Assembly: GCA_035221665.1 (NCBI GenBank)
Contig: CM069148.1
Coordinates: forward strand, 28,768,001-28,832,000
Direction of reading: 5' to 3'
DNA length: 64,000 nt
Origin: Okamejei kenojei
Taxonomy: Eukaryota
Part shown: positions 23,895 to 35,811 of the stretch, piece by piece
Position numbering within the stretch: the stretch's first letter is position 1
Layout: the number at the start of each line of letters is the position of its first letter
The notes under the pieces: generated by a model
Told to the model about the DNA's origin: nothing
What the model saw: only the letters and a program-made list of their open reading frames with translations
The model's database searches: none
Translations under genes and position numbers: made by a program

Positions 23895-24555
23895 ACATAG
23901 ACTATAGAGCAGTACAGCATAGGCAGTCTGTGCTGAACACTATGCCACGAACAACTCTATTCGGCCTGTACATAATCCATCTATCCCCATTGCCTGCATA
24001 TCCATGTGTCAGTCCAAATCACTTGAAAGTCACTATAGTATCTGCGTTCACCACCACCCCCAGCAATGCATTCCAGGCACTCACCACTCACCACCCACTA
24101 TGTAAAAAACTTGCCCTGCACATTTCCTTTAAACTTTGCCCCTCTCACTTTAAAGCTCTGCCTTCTAGTCTTTGATATTTCCACCCTGGGGAAAAAGATT
24201 CTGACTGTCCACCCTATCTATATCTCTTAAAATTTGATATACTTGTATCAGGTTTTCCCTCAACCTCCGGAGTTCCAGAGAAACCCATCTGTCCAACCCC
24301 GTACGGCTCAGACCCTCTAATCCAGGCATCATTCTGTTCGTCTGCACCCTCTCCAAATCTGCACCCTCTCCAAATCTCCAAAACTGATCGCCCCAGTTCC
24401 TGTAGTGCGGCGATCAGAACTGCACGTAATACTCTAAAAGAGGTCCAACCAGAGTCCTATAAAGCTGCATCAGGACTTCCTAACTCTGATACTTAATGCC
24501 CCAACCAATTCAAGCTTTCCATATGCCGCTTTTACTACTCTATCTATTTGTGTTG
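23895..24555 (-). mobile_element. CR1 LINE 3' fragment
   Basis: ORF 24165-24356 (MERVQ...LELRRLRENLIQVYQILRDIDRVDSQNLFP) is a CR1 ORF2 C-terminus. Confidence 0.85.
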
Positions 24556-26164
24556 AGTTGAATTCAGAGGTGCTACATTAATAGATGTCATTATTCAAGT
24601 GGTAGAAGAGTGTTTCTCAATCCACATGCCGCCTCTATCACATCATCTGTAGATCACGTGGCATCCTGTTTCAAAATGCTTCTCTTGAATGTGATAGGAA
24701 GCAGGTTTTGTGGGTATACACCAGAGTCACAAATGCAGCCCAGTATAGCTAACACATTTACAATCACTCAGACAGACATAGCATGCATGCCCGAATAATT
24801 TGCCTTGTTTCCAAGAAACCATGGACTGTGAACATTCTCCAGTTAATTTGCCAAATAAATTGCCCTTTAAAAAAAAGTTGTGCACACACAGAATTTTGAA
24901 TCTTTGGTGCTTTGAAGCATACGTTTGAACCTAAGACTTGTAACTACTGGAGTTTTTTAAAATCATTTTTAAGCGCTTACTATTTTTTTAAATTTACTAT
25001 ATAAATCACCTTTTGTTCATCAGAAGAAAAAAAGCACTGTTTGCAATGATCCAAGTGCGTTAACTATTGTTGTGTCAAATGCATCCCATTAAAAATGTTA
25101 TTTTTGCAAAGATAAGAAATGAAAAAATTATTGCTAATGTGTACACAACTCAATGAAATATGTGCACGCATCAGTCATGATCCCGCTATCATGCTCTTGT
25201 TGCACTAACTACCTGCCACATCTGTGCAGATGTGCACACCTCGAGCAGTTCAACTGGTTTCTCCAATGCAACCACCTGAATCAAATATGGAAAGACTGGA
25301 AGTTATTTGAGCTGTTTTTAAGTTTTCAAAAGTTGAAGCACGTATTTGACACAATTCTAGTAATAACATTATAACCAGACTATTAGTTTACCATCAGTGA
25401 TGCAACATGTGATGTGTATGTGTTTCAGTGAAATAATTAAAGGTGATCTTAACTGTGGTGATGCCATCTGCTGAGCTGATTTTGCCAAAATATTCAATTT
25501 TTCCAGACAATGTTACATTGACAAATTCAGTGATTGTCTTGCTTTTGCAAATTTGCCATATATATATATATGTATAAAAATCAGCACCGTCTCATTAAGA
25601 TCAAAAATACCATGTGCAGTTTCTTCAGGATAATATTAAAGACCAAAAGAATAAAAAACCCCAATTTTGCCTGGGCTCGATTGGAAATGGACTTTATTAG
25701 ATAGACATTGTGCCCAAACAGTTCAGAGTGTGTACAGATTATGAGAGGCGTTCTTGAATGGTTAGCACAGATACTTAAAGAATGAAAGAATTAAAACAAT
25801 GTTTGAACCTGTTGATATTTTTAAAGAATATTACTAAACAAACATCACCTATTCTGCCTGAAATATACCTGAAATACTTCGACTCTGTCTCCGCTGACTG
25901 GTTAGCACGCAACAAAAAGATTTTCACTGTACCTCGGTACAATGACAATGCACTTCAGTTTTGGTCTTTTGATCAGCAACTTGTGGTCAAGTCCTAACCC
26001 ATCTAAACTTCTGAAAGCATCTTGACCTGAATATTTTCAACAAATGCCATGGATTTAAAAGTGTTGGTCAGGCATCATGCTAAATCACTGAATATTCAGC
26101 ACATCTGCTGTGAACATTTTCCCTCTGTAACCATTGGAGGATTCTGAATGGAAGAAGGTCATTT

Positions 26165-26527
26165 AATGAAGGAACTGGATAGAGTGGATGTGGAGAGAAT
26201 GTTTCTAGTAGTGGGAGAATCTAGGACCAGAGTGCACAACCTCAGAATAAAAGGACGTACCTTTAGAAAGGAGATGAGAAGAAATTTCTTTAGTGAGAGG
26301 ATGGTGAATCTGAGGAACTCATTGTTACAGATGGCTGTGGAGGCTGTCATTAGGTACTTTTAAGGCAGAGATTGACAGAAACTTGATTAGTGAGGGTATC
26401 AAGGGTTACAAGGAGGGCAGGAGAATGAGATTGAGAGGGAAAGATTGGTCATACCATGATTGAGTGGCGGAGTAGACGCATTGGGCCTAATGGCCTACTT
26501 CTGCTACTATGAGTTATGAACTTATGA
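26165..26527 (+). mobile_element. CR1/HER1 LINE 3' fragment
   Basis: LDRVDVERMF...KEMRRNFFS closely matches 3380-3716. Confidence 0.9.
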
Positions 26528-27055
26528 TTTGCCAAGTATTACTTACGAGTTAATTCCCATCAAACTCAAAATGAAGGTTAGCATAAAACCTAATACAACA
26601 CTTTAGAAAGACAATTTGATCTCTTTCAGATTATATATTTTTAAAGTTATATGGATTAAAAAGCAGGAAAGCAATAACACCTCTAATGATGATAGTGCTA
26701 GTAGTGTACAGGGCGATCGCTGGTCACCACGGACTCGGTGGGCCAAAGGACCTGTTTCCGTGCTGTATTTCTAAAAGTTTAAATTCTGAAGACTCCACGT
26801 TGTGATAATTATACAGTGTCTTTTGCCATTGGCAAGTTTGGGGTAATCTGGAATTGGAACAAAGTTACCTTTCTCGTAGTTGCATGAAGAATTAGAGGGT
26901 TTGACTTTGAAGAACAAAGAAACAGTCCACAAATCCAGTTGCCTGCCTTGCCAATATCACCATAACGGGTATGAAGATTGAGTTCCTGGCAATGTGACAA
27001 TGTTAATTTCTAGATCCAGTTGTCCAAGAACTTGTCCAGGCATTCTCTGACATGA

Positions 27056-27237
27056 GTAGGAAGGAACAGTAGATGCTGGTTTAAACCGAAGACAGACACA
27101 AAAAGCTGGAGTAACTCAGCGGATCAGACAGCATCTCTGGAGAAAAGAAGTAGATGACATTTTGGGTCGAGACCCTTCTTCAGACTGAGAGTCAGGGGAA
27201 AGGGCAATGTTTGAGTTACTCAAGCTTTTTGTGTCTA
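27056..27237. mobile_element. Penelope-derived element with near-perfect TSD
   Basis: Flanked by TTCTCTGACATGA / TTCTCTAACATGA; carries a minus-strand degenerate hammerhead core at ~27155-27185. Confidence 0.8.
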
Positions 27238-27896
27238 TTCTCTAACATGACTTGTACTTGCCCAGGTAAAAAATCGTAGACAGGACTTGTGCTCAGATCA
27301 TCGCTGGGAGAAATCATAGGTGATAATGGTATGCCACTAAGCAGCTGGTGTAGACATTCACAATTGTGAATCGCACAGTATGTGATGGAATTATTCAGTG
27401 GAATAGACTGTCAGATTAAATTAACCACCTCTGATCCAAAGTTAATTCTTTCCTCTGAAGAGACCATTTGAGGTTTAATTTTAACCACAACCAAGGTCAT
27501 GATGAGACTGTGCTGGCAGCTATGCATGAATCAACGAGGATGCATTACTGTCATACTGTAAATAAACCTGACAATTTGTTTGATTTCATCCAGTTATGTC
27601 TGCAGAATGATGTATTGCATCCTAGTTAGCAAACCCTGACTGAGTTGATAGGTGAAACGGAATATTGGATTACAAAGCATATGATAGAGGCTTCCATGGC
27701 TTAATTCCTATTGGTTTTGAACACATGAACTCACTGAGGTCAAGTAAAAAAGACAGAATTTAAGTTCTGAGCAATCATAAATAATAATCAGATCATCTAG
27801 ATTCTGGTACCCTGATATTCTGTTCCTGATGGCAGTACAGGTCCGCCACTGAATTTCAGGCACCCTTGGTTCCAGAGGATTTCTGGATTATCCGTT

Positions 27897-28690
27897 TAGA
27901 AAACATAGAAAAATAGGTGCAGGTGTAGGCCATTCGGCCCTTCGAGCCAGCACCACCATTCAATATGATCATGGCTGATCATCTAAAATCAGTACCCCGT
28001 TCCTGCTTTTTCCCCATATCCATTAATTTCTTCAGCCCAAAGAGCTAAATCTAATTCTCTCTTGAAAACATCCAGTGAATTGACCTCCACTGCCCTCAGT
28101 GGCAGAGAATTCCACAGATTCACAACTCTCTGGGTGAAGAAGTTTTTCCTCATCGCAGTTCTAAATGGCCTACCCCTTATTCTTAAACTGTGACCCCTGT
28201 TTCAGGACTCTCCCAATATCGAAACAATTTTTCCTGCATCTAGCCTGTCCAATCCTTTAAGAATTGTATATCTTTCTATAAGATCCCCTCTCATCATTCT
28301 AAATTCCAGTAAATACAAGCCCAGTCGACCCATTCTTTCATCATATGTCAGTCCCGTCATCCCGGGAATTAACCTGGTAAACTTACGCTGCACTCCCTCA
28401 ATAGCAATAATGTCCATCCTCAAATTAGGACACCAAAATTGTACACAATACTCCAGGTGCAGTCTCACCAGGGCCCTGTACAACTGCAGTAGGACCTCCT
28501 TGCTCCTAAATGCAAATCCTCTCGCAATGCCATTAGCTTTATTCATTACCTGCTTTACCTGCATGCTTACTTTCAGTGACTCATATACAAGCACACCCAG
28601 GTCTCTTTGCACCTCCCCTTTTCCTAATCTGACAACATTCAGATAATAATCTGCCTATCTGTTCTTGCCACCAAAGTAGATAACCTCATG
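27897..28690 (-). mobile_element. CR1/HER1 LINE, 5'-truncated
   Basis: ORF 28202-28612 (QRDLGVLV...LYRALVRLHLEYCVQFW...RGDLIE). Confidence 0.92.
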
Positions 28691-28975
28691 TTTAGCCGGA
28701 CCAACAGAGGTTGCGGCCTCATAGAGAAGTGCAACATTAGCGGAACGGTCCGCCTCAGCCACCGAGGGGCCCGCATTGTCAGCCGCGGAAGTCGGCTATG
28801 GTAACGGATCTGCCAGCGCCGGCCAAGCTGGAGTTCTAGAGCCCCGGCCGCAGGGGGCGAATACGACCCGCCGATCGGCCGCGGACATCCTGGTGATGTT
28901 GAGATCAGCTGCCTCACCCGGCATAGGTGCTACATTTTCGGGGGGACATCCATGGGGTGGGGGGGATTTTAAGTG
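28691..28975 (+). mobile_element. Unclassified CpG-rich repeat fragment abutting the CR1 truncation point
   Basis: Abrupt GC/CpG-rich block in an AT-rich intron; no recognisable protein. Confidence 0.4.
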
Positions 28976-31900
28976 CACTCTTGTAATTTGTGCCATATTA
29001 AAGGAGGTTCCGGACCAGTTGCCACAAGCTCTCACAGAATTGCACCCTTTTCACTACCCTCCGTAGCTTAAAATCTTTTCTAAGTGTTGAAATGTTTTAT
29101 TTAATTGTGTCCACTATCTACATTGTCTATAAGCACCAAACACAGGCTGATGACACTAGAGTCGACAGGGCACCTTCGTCAGATTGGACAAGTTAGGTCG
29201 AAGGGTTTGTTTCTGTGCTGTATGACTTATGGCTATAGTTGATCATCAAGTTCAATGAATTTGTTGATGAGGCTGAGCGAGGCTGTCAAGACCATCCCTG
29301 GAGGTGTACGCTCAGGGACACAGGGAAGATTCTGAGCCAGGTGCAAATGCTGAGATCTTCCTTTGTTCTCTGGCTGTGATGACTCAATGCTGTTGACTGC
29401 CTTGAAAGTTGATAGACCCTTTTGATCAAAGCCCACTTGCCTGCCCTGTCCTGAGTACAGGACTCCAACTCTCTTGTCGGAATGCCACTGTGCTTGAAGC
29501 TATCTTTGATTAAAATCGCTTTGTCAGATGTCCCTAGTTCCAGAGCTCTGGGCTGGAAACTGGTGTGGTGTTGGGGAGCTGTCTATACGGATTACACATT
29601 CTGTCCAGCACAACAGTGCCCTCAAGGTCATGTCCCTGATGCTGACCAGGCCAGCTATGTCCATGCCGGCACTTGTGCTGCACTGTTCTATGTTCTTCAG
29701 AAGAAGTAGGGTCCCAGTCGAAAACATCACCCATCCTTTTTCTCTTGAGATGCTTCCTGAACCTCTGAGTTACACCAGCACTTAAAGGATTTCAGTATAT
29801 GGTGCCTGTGTATATCTGGTCATTCGTTATTCCCACTGGTCCTTTCTTAAAATAACTAGCTTCATTATCACCTTAACATTTTTAGAGGAAATCTACATGC
29901 TTGACAGGCATTTCATGGAATGCTTTGTTGCGAAGGTTCTTGAAGGCTTGCATCACATCTGTGAGTTTGCATCCTTCGCGTTGCCTGCTGTGTAGTTAAG
30001 TCACAGATCCTTTTGCTTTGCTGTGAAACAGAATTGAAAAAGCAGCAACAAAATGTCAAGCTTACTTCAAGATTCGCCTTCATTAAAGACTGATTTGCAA
30101 TTCCTAGTCCAGCAGCCAAGTTCCTCACTCGAAATTTCCTCCTCTGCTTCAAGCAATGCTGCTTCTAATGACTTCATGTAGCACTTTGCCAATTGTGGTA
30201 TAATTGCTGTGATTCAGTGGTATATATGTTCCACTATCTTTCCTCGTGCCAATACAATTGCCAGCTTTCTCCATTCACCTGGCTTTTTTTCATGTTCTGA
30301 ATATTTTGTGAAAGATCTCAATGATTCAAATTCCTGGAACGTTGAACATTGAACATTACAACAGAAGAACTGGCCCTTCGGCCCACAATGTCTGTGCCGA
30401 ACATGATGCCTAGACCATCTCTTATCTACCTGCACACAACACATATCCCTTCATTCCCTGCATATCTTTATCCATTTTCATCTTGAAATATGAAAAGTTA
30501 TCGGTTTCATCACTGAAATAAAAGCTCATAGGCTTCACTCTCGTTGTGAATTAGTTAGGGATTTTTGGTGAAAGACATGAGGAGCTTCTTCCCCATGGCT
30601 ATCACCAATCACCTATTTCTGACTCCTTTCCCAAGCCATGAACTCTTAACTACCACATTTGATAATCCCCATCATTGTACTTTAGTATATTTTTTTTACA
30701 CTTTTTTACATTTAATTCAGATTGCTCTGCAATCTTTGCAACATTTTGCATCCATAGTTGTATTTATTATTGTATCTATCATAATCATATACTGTTTACT
30801 CTACGAGCTTCATGCAAACAAGGAATTTCAGTGCCCCTGGTGTATATGACAATAAACTAATCTAAATCTAATCTGCTGTGAGCAATATCCAGCAGTATTT
30901 CTTCACTAGGCTATTTCAAGACAAAACAATGGACTCCAACCAGGTTCTAGATAAAATAAAAATGAGGAAGGGTCCAAAAAATGATTTAAATAATCCTAAT
31001 TTTGCCTTATTTTGTGTGTTGTGCACTAGTATCCTAATATTAATATACTGATTGCATGTTAATCCCTGAGCTGGTGATATAAGAAATTCTCATTTGGTTT
31101 AAGTATTCCACTATGGGAAAAGAGAATATAATTATATTACATTACACTTCCATCAAAGCCTTGGGGTTAATAATGACATTTTACTAATCCAAGATCAGTA
31201 ACCAATGACTTCGCCTCATTCCAACGCATAAATTAAAATATACTGCCTTGCAGAATGGCCAAAATAATTGGTCATAAGAGTCCCATACCTATCAATCAAG
31301 TCAGGGTTTATATTTGTTCCATGGCATCTAAGTCTATCATTCAGCATTTGTTAAGCTGTCTTGAAATGAATAAAGTTTGATGTTATGTTTGAGAACTCAA
31401 CAATTTTTTTTCCAGGTCTGTAATTCCATTGCTTAATAAACCCAGAAATTCAATGCGCATAATATGCGATCAGTCTGGCCTCTGTGTTATATCAACCTTC
31501 ACTGTTGTGGAATGTTATTTTGGTGAAAGCATTGTTATCTATTACCTTAAAGATAATCTGGCCCTCCAAATCTTGAGGTTTTGTCATTCCTGATTTGTGC
31601 ATTCCATTTTTGTTTTGCATGGAGGAGTGCATTTTGATATGTTAAATACAGCATATCGGGTTAATGGGAGAAAAAAAATCACGTTATTAGTAGAATAAGA
31701 ATGCTAAAAAATGAAAGGATAACAATGAACTAATGATCGTTAGAAAACCCAGAGGCAGACGTCATGGATATTTTGAGCAGAAAATGTGATCATGCCTGAT
31801 TCTGGGGGTATTATGTTACTGGCGTGTAGAAGTAATGTTTAACACATACGTTCTCACCTATTTTCAGCAACTTTTCATGGTATTTCCTCACACTCAAAAA

Positions 31901-33409
31901 ATATTTTGTATTTGCCTTAATAATTTAATTTTAAAGTCGACAGAGTTGCTAACCCGGTCTGATTATGAATCTTTTTCATGAATGTTGTGAAAGTTGCATC
32001 TCTTTCAGCGATACCTGGCGATAGCTATAATTTATAACATTTCTCTCCTGTGCTCTCAAGTGTGCAAGCAAATTTGTACAACCAGTGAACATAATGAACA
32101 GTGAATGAGTGTGCAAAAACAGTTTGTTGAATCCTTTGCCACATCAAATTTTGGTCTCTGATTTTTTTACCAAGATTAACTTCCCATGTAATAGTTCTTT
32201 GACCTGATTTCCATCTGGGCTTTGATTTTTTTTTTTAACAGAAGTTCCCTAGTAAGTTGTAAATAAATTGACTTAAGATGGGCTTCCCTGATAACTCAGT
32301 TAAAAAGACCACTACCGAGTTTTAATCTGAGTCATACAGATCAGGAGGGTCCCCCCCATTCCTTCCCCCGGCGGATCTCAGCTTTTGATCTCCAATTTGC
32401 CTCAGCACCCTTAGGCTACCAAAAGGAAAATTAATATTGGGTTCATGCTTATGAACTCTAGTGTGCTGTAAAGTGTGTGCGTGTGCAGGGACAGGATCAG
32501 ACTTAACTGCAGTGCACCCCACACCCCGAGCATTTGCCATCCACAATCACACTTGGACACTTGAATGAGGTGTATGGCAGACACCTGTGGGACGGGATGT
32601 TGTCAGCACCTGGAAGGGGAAATGAAGATAACATTAAGAGAGTTTAAGATCTGAAACTGAAGAATGGTCCACATTATGCATCCTGGTGACATTAATCAGA
32701 GGTCAAACATCAAGGTTTTTGGGAGCTGAAATTCAATAAGTTTTATTATCGATTCTGTGCATTCCAAATGTTTTATACATTGTCTTTATTTTTTAGTTGC
32801 AATCTATCTCTAACATGCAATTTATTCTTTTGCAACTTAAACAAACAAGATATATGAGACAGACAGACTTTTCGACTGTGTGGAGCATCACAGCTGAGTC
32901 CAATCCTGTCCTCGACTCACCTTGACCCAATCACACTTTCCAGCAGGAGTTATTGGATAACAACCAAGCAGGAACCTTCCTTAGCTCAAGGTACTGAGGC
33001 CTATTGTAGTGTCCTTACTAATATCCCTGCTGAGACCAGAACCCTTTTTGTTTCAAATTTGAGAGAACCTTCGTTTGCAGTCTCAGAACAAATCCATTTG
33101 AAATAACAATGAATGAGCTTTTAATTTTCTCACTTCATGCATCTGAAAATGCACTGTTCCTTTTTTTGTAACTGAATCTAAAAGGGATCTACACATTCCT
33201 TCAAACTTATTTTCATGGCATGCACACTTATCTCCAACTTCCCTCTTTCCCATATCGTCCATTTGCATTGTAACCCTAATTCCAAACTAATCCCCTTTGG
33301 TACAGTTATGTCCAAACCAGAGTTTTAGCTCTGCCTGTTGTATATTGGAATCTTTCTGTCTGACCTACCTTTCTCTCCCTGCCCTATTCCTCTGAACGGG
33401 TTTCCTCAG

Positions 33410-33532
33410 TGAAGGCCGGATGGTGGTCCTGTCCCTGGTTATGGGTCTGACAGAACAGGATGACTTTGCAAATATCCCTGATCTACACACCAGCAACAGC
33501 CAACAAATCCAAGGCACGCAGTCAGACAAAAG
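33410..33532 (+). CDS. SYT7: Synaptotagmin-7 alternative linker exon (41 aa)
   Basis: CAG acceptor at 33407-33409; AG|GTATGA donor at 33533. Length 123 nt, phase 2/2. Translates EGRMVVLSLVMGLTEQDDFANIPDLHTSNSQQIQGTQSDK(R), versus recalled mammalian EGRMVVLSLVLGLSEQDDFANIPDL. Not in the ORF track. Confidence 0.94.
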
Positions 33533-35469
33533 GTATGAATCTGACAAAAAAAGGAGAAGAAAAACTGATCGCAGTCTAAATTGAGAAGATGAGCAGGAGA
33601 ATTGAGTGTATGTTGTAGGACACAGTGTGTTGTAGTAATAGTGAATGGGTGTGAGAGCAAGCATTGGTTCAAGTAATGTGTGTATAACATGCTAGTGCCT
33701 TAAGAATGTGGAACCACTTCTGTGTGTATGTATTTTCTAATATGTGTCAATATTGCAACAACAAAAAAACTATCACAACCCATATGGTAATTCCCAAATG
33801 TGGTTACTTTGAGCTTGAATGGGTATCAAATTCCTTGTATGTTGCAAAACATATTTGGCCAATAAATTACTATTATGATTATTATTATGATTATAACTTG
33901 CCATTACAAAAGGCATGAGTTAAAAGCAGAGTTCAGTGCAGAAATATGAAATTGATTGTCAAACTATGAAATATTCATTAGTCAACCAAATTTCCAATCC
34001 TGTACTTTTTTAATTCCCAATGTCTGTGAAGTGCAAAACTACTATACTTTAAATATTGTGGAAGCTGATGTGTGTTTTTAATTTTTATTTATAAATGATT
34101 TTGAAATCCAGATTTTCCTTTCACTTTCTCTCCATTCCTCTTCTGATCCGTGACTTCATCACAGAATTGCGCTGGGATTATCTGTGCTGATTCCTGCCAT
34201 TACTCTTTTCTTATCACTTCTCACTACAATTTATCCCAACAGCTATCAGTATCTTTTCCATTTCCCATCTAACAGTTACAAGCATTTTATTTTGCCATCA
34301 TTGACTCCTCCTGCCTCAATCATCCGCTCACAATGATTCTCTCTTTCTTCTGCCCCATGACACCACTAATGTATATCGCTCCCTTGAGCAATATTGGTCT
34401 CTTCAGGTCTTCTCAATCAACGCCTAATAGATTTATTTCTGCATTGATCCATCATTTTTACATTGTCCATCTGGGTAAGACCTCTTGGCTGACATATCAT
34501 TAATAACAACTCTTTCCTCATGCATGGCTTAGCAACTTGTCATAATTCTCTAGAAAACAGTTAAAACTAGACGATGTTCCATTTTTTTAAGTAGTACAGG
34601 ATCTTATGTTCCCTTCTGAGTTATCAGATTGGCATCCTGGTTTTGATTTTCACTGAATAGCGGGCAATATCTGCTGCAGAATAAATCAGTGATTTATTTC
34701 AACACATGCTGCTCAGTGGGGTCTTTTCAATTTACAGTGTACCTTACCTATTGACTTGACCATTTCTGTTTGCAAAGCGCACTGATAGGTATTTCTTTTC
34801 GATCCATGTAATTCACCATCAGACCTGAAGTATCTGCCAAGATGATAGATTGTTCGGGTTGCTGGAGGTTTTTGTAAGTCCAGTTTAGTCACATGTGGAA
34901 AGTACATCCAACTGTACACACCGTCAAGCTCTAAACGTAAGGCTCAGCCACATCTAAATGACAAAATGAATTCTACGATGAGTCGGAATGAATAAGAGCA
35001 AGCAAAAGAAATTGGGGATATGAGAGAAAAGAAGCAGAGACTTGGCTCCTTCAAAGTATTGAACTGATAAATAGGAATCAGCGCCAATGACAACACTGGA
35101 AAAGGACAAATGTAATCACAACAACTAGTAGTATTCATGTCATCTATTCAATATATTAACACACCCCATGCCATTTAAGAATAATACCTAAAAAACTGAA
35201 TAGCAAGCCAAATTAGCAAAACACAAAGTGCTGGAGTAACTCAACGGGTCAGGTAGCAGCTGCTGAGGGAAAGAACAGGCGATCTTTTGGGTTAGGACTG
35301 TCCTTCAAGAATTATTAGGATGGACCTTCTGTATGAATAAAATGTGAATTTATAAGAAGTGTCTTAAGTTATCCCAGTCAACATCGGGATAATTGAAGTT
35401 GCACAGAGTGGCCTGTATATGTTTTAATTGTTATCATAGCAAATACGGTCCATGTATCTATAGGAATTA

Positions 35470-35811
35470 GTGTGGCACAGCTGGTAAAACCACTGTCTCA
35501 CAGCACCAGAGACCCGGGTTCGATCTTGACCTCGGGTGCTGTCTGTGTGGAGTTCGCTCATTCTCCCTGTGACCGTATGGGTTTCCGCCGGGTGTGTCGA
35601 TTTCCTCCCACATCCCAAAGATGTGCGGGTTTGTAAGTTAATTGGCTTCTGTAATATTGCCCCTAGTGTGCAAAAGTGTGTAATAATGCCCCTAGGATGC
35701 AAAAGTGGGATAACATAGAATTAGTGTGAACAAGCTATCGGTTGATAGGATGGACTCTGTGGGCCAAAGAGCCTGTATCCATGCCGTATCTCTAAACTGC
35801 ACTAAACTAAA
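35470..35811 (+). mobile_element. HE1-type V-SINE
   Basis: B-box GGTTCGATC, V-domain and (CTAAA)n tail. Confidence 0.88.

Noticed and set aside
29230-29700. Cluster of short overlapping ORFs as an exon or gene
   Set aside because: No recognisable homology and no paired splice signals; probably an old repeat remnant.
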